Assembly: GCA_964016885.1 (NCBI GenBank)
Contig: OZ024755.1
Span: forward strand, 24,676,001 to 24,740,000
Direction: 5' to 3'
Source of the DNA: Eledone cirrhosa
Lineage: Eukaryota
DNA: 64,000 nt
The position numbers were made by a program, and so were the translations under genes. A model generated the notes under the pieces. The model searched no databases. It was not told the DNA's origin and saw nothing but the letters and a program-made list of their open reading frames with translations. Positions 16,261 to 30,957 of the stretch are shown in pieces. Within the stretch, counting starts at the first letter, position 1; every line of letters begins with the position of its first letter.

Positions 16261-16459
16261 GCTCATTATCGTAGTGAAGCTAGATTGTTAGTATTTGTTT
16301 ACATAAGCCCTGATGTTTTACGAGAATGTGGGTGGGGTGGGGTGAGGTGGGATGTTGTGGTGTGCGTACCTTTTCAAAACGCAATTACATCACAATACAT
16401 TTCTCGTAATATACATTTCTAATTTTAGCACAAGGTCATACATTTCTGGAACAGGGGTT

Positions 16460-16625
16460 AAATGTGGTCGCAGGTTACGAAGGTAGTACTGAAGCCACGT
16501 GGTTTCATGTTCAGTACCACTGTGCATCAACTTAGACAAGTATCTTCTACCATAGCCTCGGCTCGAGCAAAGGCGTGTGAGCAAAATTTGTTAGTCGGAA
16601 ACTGTGTGGGAGCTCATTGGAATGA
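16460..16625 (+). mobile_element. Diverged tRNA-derived SINE (CORE-like family B)
   Basis: Degenerate head plus CTTAGACAAGTATCTTCTACCATAGCCTCGG; an antisense relative lies at ~18640-18780. Confidence 0.55.
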
Positions 16626-18404
16626 CCCTTCCTCTTCGACTTAAACCATTGCACAAGATCGCAACCTGATCGTTAAGAACGTTCAGCAGAGTTTGCTTTG
16701 TTAGAAGCATTAAAACTAGGTTTCTGATTAGAAGATAATATCCTCCCTTTTCCTCAACGGTTCCTGAGTCCCTGGAAAGAATCATGGACGTTTCCCTTTC
16801 TCCTCTGTCTAAGGTTTAACAGGCTAAAGTCTCTCCCATCATCAGACCGGAACTTATCCTGGTTCCATTAAAGTTCAGTGGCTGATAGTACAAGACTTTC
16901 CCCTGGACAGGACACTAGTCCATCACACAATTAAAATCTGTACCAAGCCTAGAAGCTCATCAGACCAGAGCTTGTCCTTATTTTATTGGTGTTAAGTTCC
17001 TGAAAATACACGACTACCCTCTGAACAGGACACACTTAAAGTCTGCCTGAAGTTCAGAAGTTCATCAAGCGGGAACCACTGCCCTGTCTTGTTACTCGAT
17101 CTGATGGTTACTCGCATATTTTGTTTAAAGTAACCAAAGAAGATAAAATCAACAAAAATAAATAAATAATGAAGTAAAAGTAAAAACAAAGTTTAATGTT
17201 GACAGAGAGAACAAATTTTAATGTTGACAGATGATGGGAAGGGAAGAATAAAGTAACAGAGAGTGAACAATGTTTAATGTTGACAGAAGGTGGGGGGGGG
17301 GGGTAAGAGAAAACAAAGTTTAATGTTGACAGATGGTGGGGCGGGATTAGAAGAAAAAGGACATCTACAAGATGTAGCAGCAGTTAGTCATCTTGTAAAG
17401 TGGTGGACTTACTAGAATGTTAGAATCTTTTACGGTAATCATTTCGGATCTCTGTGCTCTGAGTTCAAATCAGTGACCAGGTTGCAAACAATGCGACGAA
17501 AATTTTAACACCAAGAAATAATTGATAAATTTAAAGTTAACAGTTTTTGTCATTCTTTTTTTAAAAAATTAATTGAAAGCTTCTTCTTCTTCTTCTTCTT
17601 CTTCCTGAGGGGGGTCGTGGTGGAAGAGTCCTCAAACACTCCTTCCAGTGGGTCCTGTCAAAAGCAACGGTCTCTAACCGATCTCGCTGGATCCCTAAAG
17701 TGATTCTTCTAGGGTGTAATTGCTTCTAGGGTGTAATTTTTTTCTTGCCTGTTTGGAAGAGTTGAGATTTTGTTTGGAAGGGACCTATATGTGGGAGGTG
17801 GGTAAGAAGAGAGATATATGTAGGAGGGGGTAATGTGGGAGGGAGAACGAAAAGAAATATATAGTAGTTAGGGGCTAAGAAGGGACATATATGATGAAGG
17901 GACACGAAGTAACATATACGGGGATAGGGGGTAAGAAATAATGTATAAACAGGTCTAATTTGTGAAGGAATACAGGAATACATATTGTTCTAGGCAACAA
18001 TCGTAAGTAGGTCTTTCATGTTGACAAAAAAGTGTGTCGAAGATGGTTTTATATACGAGATGAACTTGAATAGATAGAAAGAGATATCCATGTCAACCTC
18101 ACCCACACAGCCACACCAAAACAGAAAGCTTCCGGTTATAAATTAAACTTTGTTTGGCAACCATGAAACTAAATGTCTCTCCTCTCTGAATACAATAGTT
18201 TGACAATAGACTAAGGGGAATTTACTCCTAGGTTAGCTGAAACATAGACAACAAAACGTTTGAAAATAGGTAGAATTACACAGAGAGAGAGAGAGAAAGT
18301 GTGTATGTGTTCCGAACGTGCGACATACCTACATATATATATATGTGCGTGTTCTTTTATTCTTTTACTTGTTTCAGTCAATACTCTGCTGCCATACATA
18401 CACA

Positions 18405-18635
18405 TATGGTGGTTGCAACTCGAGTTCGAGTAATGTCGTCGCTTGATACTTAAGCATGAGCATCACGGACGTGGCCTATGGCCAGCAATGCCATGCATCA
18501 CAAAAAATGTCACATATCAAGCGATGTCTGTGCTTCAAGCTTTTTAAATTGAGGAAAGGCTTTACACGGGACCAATCCCACTCTCTGAACATCGAATGCT
18601 CTTGCCCAAAAAGATGAGCTGGTCTACATCATTGG
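18405..18635 (-). mobile_element. Diverged 3' end of the RTE-derived element found at 22436 and 25108
   Basis: ATGGTGGTTGCAACTCGAGTTCGAGTA resembles the antisense terminus at 47513 (ATGGTGGTGGCTGCCAACTCGTTTTCGAGTA); preceded by CATA repeats. Confidence 0.55.
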
Positions 18636-18905
18636 ATGCAAACGAAGTCACGGGTTTTATATCACCCACAGGGTATTGGTAAAAGCGAGGCTATAGTAGA
18701 TAAAGTTGGTCCAAGGGTCCATGTTGTGGAACTGAAGCCTGAAACCAAGTGGGTAAGATCGAACTCCTTAACCTCACACCTTTATGTTGAATACAGACTA
18801 AAGTTTCGACTGTTCACATTAGACAGTAGAAGAACGATTACCTGCACAGGCAATATTTATTAGAATGCATTGCCTTTGTGTATACATTTTTGGGACACCC
18901 TGTAC

Positions 18906-18978
<73 letters not shown>

Positions 18979-19410
18979 TGTGTGTGTGTGTGTGTTTATA
19001 TATCTCAAGTTAGTTTATTAGGTTGTATATAATGACTTCTAAAGTAAAGTGAATTATTTCAGTCTGTCTTCCTCTCTTACTCTCTCTGCTTCCCTATCTT
19101 ATTCTCTATCTCTCCCACTCTCTCTGTTTCTCTGTCTTACTGCCCCACTCTCTCTCTCTCTCTTTCTCTGTCTCTCACCCCATCTCGCTCTAATGTCGTT
19201 AAGAAATTAACATTCTGCTGTTGTCAAAAATACGTCACCTTCTCCAGGTATTATGTAATTATATTTTACGTGTGTGAATCAGAACACATGGGCATCCCAT
19301 GCGTGATGATGGCCATCGTTCTCTGTTAAGTGGGTTTATATCTTTTAATACAATACACATGTGTGTGTGTGTGTGTGTGTGTGTGTATACATATATATAT
19401 AATATATATA

Positions 19411-19692
19411 TATTTATTCAGGTTTGAGGTTCACCACTGGATAGAGCTGGTCTATTCCGTATGGTCAATCGTAATGTAATAATATATAGAGAGTACTCAA
19501 CGTAAAGCAGTTCAACCGTCTTTATTTTTGTAGTTGGTGGTGCTATTACGGAGTTAAATATTATAATGAAATGACAGGAGGCTGACGGAATAGACCAGCT
19601 CTATCCAGTGGTGAACCTCAAACCTGAATAAATAATGCTCCTGAAATGTTGAGCACTCCAAAATCCAGCCTCCTGTCATTTCATTATAATAT
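19411..19692. repeat. Interlocked inverted repeats A..B A'..B'
   Basis: 19411-19460 is the reverse complement of 19585-19634; 19558-19584 is the reverse complement of 19666-19692. Confidence 0.85.
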
Positions 19693-19825
19693 AATACATA
19701 TATATATATATATACTTTTCTTGAACGCTTATTCACTCACCGACACTTTCACACAAGGTAGTTTTACCCCAGTTCTGAATTTGCTGTCGAAAAGGAAAGA
19801 GCTCAGCCGTCGGGCTCCAAGTCTC

Positions 19826-19867
<42 letters not shown>

Positions 19868-20054
19868 GAAAACAGGGAGAAAAAGACGATTATTAGGAAG
19901 AAAAATATATTTTTTTCCCTTTTTTATTTATTTCTCTCTTTTTTTCTGGGTTAGAAAATGATTAAAACGAAATATTTTACTTTGTGTGAAGTGTTAAGGT
20001 ATTAGTTGATTTATTTATTAATTAACAATGGCATTTATACATATATATATAATG

Positions 20055-20093
<39 letters not shown>

Positions 20094-20121
20094 CTAACTC
20101 GTGTGCTTCCTCTCCACATTT

Positions 20122-20161
<40 letters not shown>

Positions 20162-20167
<6 letters not shown>

Positions 20168-20330
20168 TCTACTTTAGGCCACAAGGCCAGCAATTTCCCA
20201 GTGCATTTATTTTATCGACCCCGTAAGGATGAAAGGCAAAGTTAACCTCGGCGGGATTTGAACTGAGAATGGAGAGGGCCGAAACTCTATGCGCCAAAGC
20301 ATGGTGTCCGACCCTCTACTAATACTGCTA
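20162..20330 (-). mobile_element. SINE family A
   Basis: Matches the consensus. Confidence 0.88.
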
Positions 20331-20699
20331 GAAATTGTCCTTGTGTTTGTGACTTCCATATTTTCACGGCGGCAATGGTCATGGCTCCAAGAAATAAGAG
20401 GAAATGAGGCTCCTGGAATTCTGTGATGTAAATGAAGTAATCGCAGCACAAATTTCAGGAAACCAGCCAGCCACCTGATCATACACAAAATAAATTGATT
20501 TCTTTCTTGAAGACAACAAGGTAGACTGACAGAAAAAAATGATAAGGCCTTCCCTCGGGGAAGATTGTACAGCCTAACACAAGTTAGTTATTAGTGATAT
20601 CAGGATAAACACCAGACGGAACAAGATATGTAGGCGGAGGGTTTGCAATCTAAAAGTCCTTTCTGTTAAATGTAGGTTTAGAAAGGCCTTACGAGATGC

Positions 20700-21217
<518 letters not shown>

Positions 21218-21591
21218 CATCGTCATCGTTTTTACGTCCACTTGTGTGTGTGTGTGTGTGTATGTGTGTTTTGTATATATGTATGTATGTTTATAGTACA
21301 TTCACATCCGGAATTTTCCAGCTAAAATATATTGCACCCTGAAATGCTAAATATATGCCAGATCAAAGCAATTATCCGCCATTGCTCGCAGTCCTGTCCA
21401 CCCTAAAAATTGCTCCAACTAACCACCACCACCCACCACATACTCCAATACTCTATCTTCCCATTAATCCATTCCACACCCCTTTTAAATTTACTAAAAC
21501 TACCAAAGTGATAATTATATCTAGAAACTTCTGTGGCGTTACTATTAAGTATATTGCTTGATATCACGGCGAAACAAACATTAAAACATCA

Positions 21592-21655
<64 letters not shown>

Positions 21656-21854
21656 TGTATATATATAAACACACAAAACCACCAAGGAAGAGAGAGAGAA
21701 ACTGTTACGATAAATTACTTTTTAAAAAATGTTTTGCTGTTCTATGAGAAAATCCTATTAGCATTTCTACTTTTTTTCTTACTTTCCTAATATATATGCG
21801 TGAAAAAATCCCACTATTTGTACTGCTTTTCTGTGTTTGTTCCTGTCTAAGATT

Positions 21855-21948
<94 letters not shown>

Positions 21949-22278
21949 AGAAGGTTCAGTAAATCTGTAGAAAACTGGTGAGGGTTGCAAGGGTCAGTAC
22001 TCTATGCTAGAACAGAGTGTATATAATTATTTCTACTTTAGTCACAAGGCTAGAGTGTATATACAAAGTGGATGATATATGTATATATACATGTATATAT
22101 ATATATGTATATGTATGTTGTATATATATATATATATATATATATACATGTTTATGTATATGTATGTATATATATATATATATATGTATATACTATATAT
22201 GTGTATATGTATATATATATATGTATATACTATATATATGTATATGTATGTATATATATATGTATGTATGTATATATG

Positions 22279-22329
<51 letters not shown>

Positions 22330-22435
22330 GTATATATATATGTATATATATATATTTGTATATATATATGTATATATATATATGTATATATATATATGTA
22401 TATATATATGTATATATATATGTATATATATTTAT

Positions 22436-23045
22436 GTCAGGTCACCACTTGGTGCTACTGGTAACATGTATCCCAGTACAACCTGTCTCATGGTCGGGTC
22501 GTTGGCGACTAAACTGGCAACCCCACCAAGGTTTCTTGGTGAGGAGGGTGACTTTGGACATCCTGCAGGACTAAAAACAAAACCTGTCGAAGGGCAAAGG
22601 AGCTCTTAAGAGTCAATGGCCATCCAAAATCACTGGGAGAGATGACCCCTTAGCCTTTGTCAAGGCAGAATTCTAAGAGAAGGAAAACTCTGATATAACA
22701 CCTGCAACCCTGATGGTATCCAATGATGTTGACTTGTTCTTCTTTTTGGTAAATATCATCTTGGTTAAGAGAGTGGGACTGGCTTTGTGCAGTGCCTTTG
22801 CTCACTATAAAAGCTTCACAGCACAGGCATTGCTTTATATCTGGAGATCTCTCTGCACTTATCGTCACATGGTACCATGGGCCCAGCACTATGTGTCAAT
22901 AATTGTCACAAGTGTAGTGTTTGTACCAGAGTTTTCAAGTCGCTGGCTGGACTAAAAAGTCACACTCGTTCAGCGCATCGTTAGGGGTTCTCCTACATGG
23001 ATATAAAGTAGTGGCCGTACTCGAAAACGAGTTGGCAGCCACCAT
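22436..23045 (+). mobile_element. ~610-bp non-autonomous RTE-derived (bipartite 5'+3') element, copy 1
   Basis: 3' part encodes the RTE C-terminal C2H2 motif [25 protein letters not shown]; 5' part resembles an RTE 5'UTR (TAAACTGGCAACCCCACC); (TATG)n tail. Confidence 0.75.
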
Positions 23046-23168
23046 ATGTATGTATGTATATGTATATATATATGTATGTATGTGTGTATGTATATGTATG
23101 TATATATGTATGTATGTATGTATGTATATGTATGTATATGTGTATGTATGTATGTATGTGTATATGTG

Positions 23169-23200
<32 letters not shown>

Positions 23201-23308
23201 TATGTATATGTGTGTGTATGTATGTATGTATATATATGTATATATGTATGTATATATATGTATGTGTGTGTATGTATGTATATGTATATATATATGTATG
23301 TATGTATG

Positions 23309-23339
<31 letters not shown>

Positions 23340-25105
23340 GTATATATGTATATGTGTATGTATGTGTATGTATGTATATATATGTATATGTATGTATGTA
23401 TATATATGTATGTATATGTATGTATGTATATATATGTGTATGTATGTATATGTATATATATATATGTATGTGTGTATATGTATGTGTGTATGTATGTATA
23501 TGTGTATGTATGTATGTATATGTATGTATGTGTATATATATGTATGTATGTATGTGTATATATATGTATGTATGTATGTGTGTATGTATGTATGTATATG
23601 TATATGTATATATGTATGTATGTATGTGTATATGTATGTATGTATGTATGTATATGTATGTATGTATGTATGTATGTATATATATGTATGTATATGTGTA
23701 TGTATATGTATGTGTATGTATATGTATATGTGTATGTATATGTATATATATGTATGTATATATGTATGTATATGTATGTATATATATATGTGTGTGTATG
23801 TATATGTATGTATATGTATATGTATGTGTATGTATGTATGTGTGTGTATATATATGTGTATGTATGTATGTATGTATGTATGTATGTATGTATGTATATA
23901 TGTATGTATGTATGTATGTATATATATGTGTATGTATGTATGTATATGTGTGTGTATGTATGTATGTATGTATATGTGTATGTATGTATATGTATATATG
24001 TGTATATGTATGTATGTATGTATGTGTATATATGTGTATATATGTATGTATGTATGTGTATGTATATGTATATATATGTATGTATGTATGTGTATATGTG
24101 TGTATGTATATGTATGTATGTATATGTATATGTATGTATATATATGTATGTATGTATGTGTATATGTGTGTATATATATGTATGTATGTATGTGTATGTG
24201 TATATATATGTATGTATGTATGTATATGTATGTGTGTATGTATGTATGTATGTATGTATATGTATATGTATATGTATATGTGTATGTATGTATATGTATG
24301 TATATGTGTATATATGTATGTATGTATGTGTGTATATATGTGTATATATGTATGTATGTATGTGTATGTATATATGTGTGTATGTATGTATGTATGTGTA
24401 TGTGTGTATATATGTATGTATGTATGTATATGTATGTATATGTGTATATATGTATGTATGTATGTGTATGTATATATATATATATGTATGTATGTATATG
24501 TATGTATGTGTATGTATATATGTATGTATGTATATGTATATATGTATGTATGTATGTTTGTATGTATATATATGTATGTATGTATGTATATGTGTGTATA
24601 TGTGTATGTATATGTATGTATATGTATATGTATGTATGTATGTATGTATATGTATATATATATATGTATGTATGTATATGTATATATATATATGTATGTA
24701 TGTATGTGTATATATGTGTATGTATGTATGTATATGTATATGTATGTATGTGTGTATGTATGTATATGTATGTATGTATGTATGTATGTGTATATATATA
24801 TATATATGTATATGTATGTGTGTATGTATGTATATGTATATATATATGTATATGTATGTATGTGTGTATGTGTATATATATGTGTATATGTGTGTATGTA
24901 TGTATATGTATGTATATATGTATGTATGTATGTATATGTATATATATATATATGTGTGTGTATGTATGTATATGTATGTATATGTATATGTGTGTGTATG
25001 TATGTATATGTATATGTATGTGTATGTATGTATATGTATATATATGTGTATGTATGTATATGTATGTATATGTGTATGTATGTATATGTATATATATATG
25101 TATTT
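23046..25105. repeat. ~2-kb (TATG)n/(TA)n/(TG)n microsatellite
   Basis: Begins at the element tail. Confidence 0.96.
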
Positions 25106-25107
25106 AT

Positions 25108-25715
25108 GTCAGGTCACCAGTTGGTGCTACTGGTAACATGTATCCCAGTACAACCTGTCTCATGGTCGGGTCGTTGGCGACTAAACTGGCAACCCCACCA
25201 AGGTTTCTTGGTGAGGAGGGTGACTTTGGACATCCTGCAGGACTAAAAACAAAACCTGTCAAAGGGCAAAGGAGCTCTTAAGAGTCAATGGCCATCCAAA
25301 ATCACCGGGAGAGATGACCCCTTAGCCTTTGTCAAGGCAGAATTCTAGGAGAAGGAAAACTCTGATATAACACCTGCAACCCTGATGGTATCCAATGATG
25401 TTGACTTGTTCTTCTTTTTGGTAAATATCATCTTGGTTAAGAGAGTGGGACTGGCTTTGTGCAGTGCCTTTGCTCACTATAAAAGCTTCACGGCACAGGC
25501 ATTGCTTTATATCTGGAGATCTCTCTGCACTTGTCGTCACATGGTACCATGGGCCCAACACTATGTGTCAATAATTGTCACAAGTGTAGTCTTTGTACCA
25601 GAGTTTTCAAGTCGCTGGCTGGACTAAAAAGTCACTCGTTCAGCGCATCAGTAGGGGTTCTCCTACATGGATATAAAGTAGTGGCCGTACTCGAAAACGA
25701 GTTGGCAGCCACCAT
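25108..25715 (+). mobile_element. RTE-derived element, copy 2
   Basis: About a dozen differences from copy 1 by eye. Confidence 0.78.
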
Positions 25716-25756
25716 ATATATGTATATATATATGTATATACATGTATATATATATG

Positions 25757-25841
<85 letters not shown>

Positions 25842-25852
25842 ATATATATATG

Positions 25853-25931
<79 letters not shown>

Positions 25932-25960
25932 GTATATATATATGTATATATATATATATG

Positions 25961-25992
<32 letters not shown>

Positions 25993-26019
25993 TGTATATA
26001 CATGTATATATATATGTAT

Positions 26020-26065
<46 letters not shown>

Positions 26066-26116
26066 TATATATATGTATATACTATATATATGTATATACT
26101 ATATATATGTATATAC

Positions 26117-26148
<32 letters not shown>

Positions 26149-26149
26149 C

Positions 26150-26181
<32 letters not shown>

Positions 26182-26182
26182 C

Positions 26183-26214
<32 letters not shown>

Positions 26215-26273
26215 CTATATATATACATATATATGTATATACTATATATATGTATATACTATATATATGTATA

Positions 26274-26316
<43 letters not shown>

Positions 26317-26691
26317 CTATATATATACATATATATGTATATATATATGTATATACTATATATATATATATGTATATACTATATATATATATGTATATAT
26401 ATATATGTATATACTATATATATATATGTATATATATATGTATATACTATATATATATATGTATATACTATATATATATATGTATATATATATATGTATA
26501 TACTATATATATATATGTATATATATATGTATATACTATATATATGTATATACTATATATATATATGTATATATATATATGTATATACTATATATATATA
26601 TGTATATATATATATGTATATACTATATATATATATGTATATATATATGTATATATATATATGTATATACTATATATATATATGTATATGT

Positions 26692-26739
<48 letters not shown>

Positions 26740-26828
26740 GTGTATATGTATATATATATATATGTATATACTATATATATATATGTATATGTATATATAT
26801 GTATATGTATATATATGTATATGTATAT

Positions 26829-26862
<34 letters not shown>

Positions 26863-26905
26863 ATATGTGTATATGTATATATATATATGTGTATATATAT
26901 ATATA
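25716..26905. repeat. (TA)n microsatellite with a TGTATATAC-interrupted core
   Basis: Directly visible. Confidence 0.95.
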
Positions 26906-26919
26906 TTGTTCTCAAAATA

Positions 26920-27108
26920 AATAATTGTTTCTACTTTAGGCACAAGGCCAGCAATTACCCAGTGCATTACTGGTACTTTATTTTATCGACCCCGTAAGGA
27001 TGAAAGGCAAAGTCAACCTCGGCGGGATTTGAACTCAGATCGTAAAGGGACGTAACTATGCTGGAAAGCATGGTGTCTGACCCTCTACCGATACTGCCAA
27101 TCCACCGT
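26920..27108 (-). mobile_element. SINE family A, full length
   Basis: Near-consensus copy with A box, B box and (ATT)n tail. Confidence 0.92.
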
Positions 27109-27219
27109 TAGATGTAAGTAATATATAGTAATAATAATAAATTTGAAGACTAAAATCCAAAGAGGACTCGATAAGGATAAATATATATCAAATATATAAG
27201 AACCCTAGAGCAAATATTT

Positions 27220-27344
27220 ATTAAAATAACAGATTAATTTTTAAGCAAAGAACCGCTGCTTTAACCCTAAACGGGATCTTCTGAAGATTCCGTTAAGGGT
27301 GAAAACAGCGATTCTTAGCTTAAATTTTAATCTGTTATTTTAAT
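27220..27344. repeat. ~60-bp-arm hairpin centred on a hammerhead-like core
   Basis: Arms meet at TCTTC-T-GAAGA; the right arm reads CTGAAGA ttcc gttaa gggt GAAA; a one-arm copy lies at 33790-33856. Confidence 0.8.
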
Positions 27345-27419
27345 ACACACACACGCGCACGCACACACGCACACGCACACACACTCACATATATATATAG
27401 AGAGAGAGACAATTTTCTT

Positions 27420-27965
27420 ATTTGATAGGCAACGAATTTTGTAGTAATTCCGAACCAAAAATAGGGAGTCATGGTTCTTTATGGAGAATGTGGCTCAAAT
27501 TGGTATAATTATAATTAGCATTACCATCACTATCATAATGATCCAATCACCAAAATGAACGAGAATTGTACGTGACTCTATGTATATGCGTGTGTATGTG
27601 TGTGCTTGCGTGCATTGGGTTGTTATGGTTCAGTAAGTAGCTTGGTGCGCAAATATATTTTCTTTATTTTGAATAAATATATTTATATTTTATTTTTTTT
27701 CACACACACTCAATATCTTTGACTACTGAACATACGAAAAACAGACATGAATTACTACTGTCCATATTTACTAAACCAAGGCACTCCCGGTTTTGGCGCA
27801 AATGTACCACCAAACTCGGTGCTTAATCACGTGATTATCCTTAGTCTATCAAATTATACTTTAAACAGCCACAAATTTAAGCCACCTTTCAGCATAAAAC
27901 TCGAAGAATCATGATACTCCTGATTTTTTGTTCGAAATTACTACAAAATTTGATGCCGAATGAGT
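27420..27965. mobile_element. Possible MITE with imperfect ~60-bp TIRs
   Basis: GAATTTTGTAGTAATTCCGAACCAAAAATAGGGAGTCATGGTTCTT (~27432) versus AAGAATCATGATACTCCTGATTTTTTGTTCGAAATTACTACAAAATTT (~27904). Confidence 0.55.
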
Positions 27966-28205
27966 TAGATGCGAGTTACAAGTCGACATAGCCACACGTT
28001 TCTCCATCTCTCTTAACTTTTGATAATCATGAAATTTGTGAAACCGGTTAAGTTATAAATTATTATAAATAAACCTTCTTAAAGACTTCAGTTGCAACTT
28101 CTTTTTCATATATATATATATATATAAGAGCATGAACCTAATAAACCTTTAGTTGTCTGCCTCTCTGTTTTGTTCCCGTCCAAATTTGCACTATATATAT
28201 ATGTT

Positions 28206-28246
<41 letters not shown>

Positions 28247-28377
28247 ATGTATGTATACACACATATATATAAACATATATATACATATGTATATATATAT
28301 AAACATATATATACATATGTGTATATATATATACTCACAAATATAAATGTATATATGTGTTTATATATATATAAATC

Positions 28378-29470
28378 ATCATCATCATCATCATCGTTTA
28401 ACGTCCATCTTCCACGCTTGCATGGGTTTGGACGGGAGTTTTTCCACTTGAGGCAAGATTTGTTGTCCTGCTCGTATAGGACTGTCTGGCGAGTTTTCTA
28501 CGGTTGGATGCCCTTCCTAACACCAACCACGTTTACAGTGAGGACTGGGAGGTTTTTACCGTGTTACCTACACGGCCACATTACAGCGTGGACTGTGTGT
28601 TTTTTTGTCGTGACACCTACACGTCTGGCGGGTTTTCTACGGCTGGGTGCCCTTCCCAACACCAACCACGTTTACAGTGTGGACTGGGAGGTTTTTACCG
28701 TGTTACCTACACGGCCACATTACAGCGTGGACTGTGTGTTTTTTTTTGTCGTGACACCTACGCGACCTCATTTGTTTCGGACTGGATGTTGTGGTACCAA
28801 CATAACTTCACATTTAAGGGTGGGGGTGGGGGGTGGGGGGATGTATTTTGTTAGAGGTGCCTACTGACTGTAGGTTTTGCTTTGTACTTAGGCAAGGCGG
28901 GTCTTCTGTATGACTGTGTAGCGCCAAAGATCTCGGTCCAGCGACATTGTCTTGGAGAGGTGTAAGTGTGTGGTCGGAATTTATCAAGTCGTCCCAGGTT
29001 TTTCTGGGTCTGCCTATTCCGTGGCTACCGTCTATTTTTATCGCCCTGCACTTTTTTATACAGCTGTCGTCTTTCATGCGCATCACGTGACCGTACCAAC
29101 GTAGTCTTCTCTCGAGTAAACAATATCTGATCCCTCTTATTCTTAATTTCTCCCTTAGTTCGTTTATGCTTTGCCGTTCACGTATATTACTATTACACAT
29201 CCAGCGGAGCATGCAAGCTTCGTTTCTCTCCAGTCTGCGTATATCCTCTGCACACAATGCCCAGGTCTCACTGCCATCTAACATTGCTGTTCGTATGCAG
29301 GCATCATACAGCATGCCTTTCATTTTTAGAGAGAACCCTTTAGCGGCCAATAGTGGTATAAGCTCTCTGAACTTTTTCCATCCCGTTCTGACTCTAGCTA
29401 CTGTACTTTCAGAGCACCCTCCCCCACTGCTGATTTTGTCACCCAGGTAACGGAAGATGTCCACTATTTC
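28378..29470 (-). mobile_element. 5'-truncated RTE LINE: ORF2 C-terminal part, 3'UTR and (GAT)n tail
   Basis: ORF 28814-29464: FRYLGD..GWKKFREL..GSETW..MLRWMC..RRLRWYGHVMR..GRPRKTW; the 3' region has a ~135-bp tandem duplication (~28485-28760). Confidence 0.9.
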
Positions 29471-29644
29471 TATATATATATATATACATACAAATATAAA
29501 TGTATATATATGTATTTATACACACACACACATATATATACAAATATAAATGTATATATATATGTATTTACACACACATATATATATATATATATAAATG
29601 AAAGGTATAGAAATTGTTTTAGCGAGAAGCTAATAGTATTCTAT

Positions 29645-29691
<47 letters not shown>

Positions 29692-29970
29692 TTATACGTT
29701 GAAATGGGAAATGTTAACGTTTTGCATTTATGCATATTAAGTGTTAATTGAATCAATCTATTAAAATATAAATCATATATATTATCTCATTGCATCAGTA
29801 AAATTATCGTCTCCTTTCCGTCATTAATGGTACATTTGCTAAAGTACACATTCACCTTTAATGACTTACAAATACTGACGATGGCGTCACTTCTTCTAGA
29901 ATATTCTTTCACTTCAATACTTTAGACGACAGCCATGCTGGGAAAACGCCATTACAGGATATAGTCGATC

Positions 29971-30036
29971 AAGTCTTATATCAGAAGTTCTTGAGGTACA
30001 TCAGGATGTACCTCAAGAACTTTTGATGTAAGATTT
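29971..30036. repeat. 32-bp-arm palindrome with a 2-nt loop
   Basis: AAGTCTTATATCAGAAGTTCTTGAGGTACATC-AG-GATGTACCTCAAGAACTTTTGATGTAAGATTT, 3 mismatches. Confidence 0.85.
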
Positions 30037-30433
30037 TGATGATGATGATGATTACTTTTGGGGCAAATTTAATACATAACTGGAGTAATATTATATTTAT
30101 GAAACCATGCTAATAAATTGTACACCTTTACTGTTTGATTTGCTTTAAAAATGTTTAAGATATTGTAAAGTTTATTAATGGATCTGGGACTATGTAGTCT
30201 TAGACCATGCAGTTTTTAACATACACAGTCGGAAAATATTTCTTAAAACATTTAAAACTATTAACGTCCTGTTTCACATGAAACCGCACAACCTATTTAA
30301 GAGAAGAAAAAAAACTTTAACCCTTACTGCCTTAACGTCCTGTTTCACATAAAACTGTACCACCTAATTCAAAGGAGAAAACTCAAACCTTTACTGCAGT
30401 CATTTTTTCCACTAAGTTTTCTTATCTTCCAGA

Positions 30434-30693
30434 ACAGAGGTCCCTAATCACCGGGGCGCAGACCGGTACCGGTCCGTGAATCATTTGCTGCAGGGCCGCA
30501 AAAAAATAATTTACTTGTTTAAAATGTAAATTGCTCTTTTTATTATTTCTCTCTTTATCGAAATGCACTTCTTTTTATTATTTCTCTCTTTATCGAAATG
30601 CACTTCAATAACACATATATACAACTACTGATCCGCGGAAAGATTATCCAGCATGAAGCCAGTCCGTGGTATAAAAAAAGTTGGAGACTCGAT
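30434..30693. mobile_element. hAT (Charlie/MER1-like) MITE
   Basis: 5' CAGAGGTCCCTAATC..GACCGGTACCGGTCCGTG and 3' CCAGTCCGTGGTATAAAAAAAGTTGGAGACTCGATG follow the MER1/Charlie3 end architecture; internal ~35-bp duplication. Confidence 0.7.
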
Positions 30694-30863
30694 GTTATGT
30701 TTACTCCGAAATATCGATATACCTTATGTACGGGGCTTGAACATACGTTGTTTAACATACGTAGGTTGGTGGGGGTGGATGTCGGGCATTTGATCGCGTA
30801 TGATGCGGGCCCGATACAAAGTGTTTATATTAAAGATTAATATACTCGGCTTGGCTTCATCAC

Positions 30864-30957
<94 letters not shown>

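Noticed and set aside
22905-22985. C2H2 zinc-finger-like peptide as a host ZNF exon
   Set aside because: Single finger directly before a stop and a (TATG)n tail in a three-copy repeat; matches the RTE ORF C-terminus
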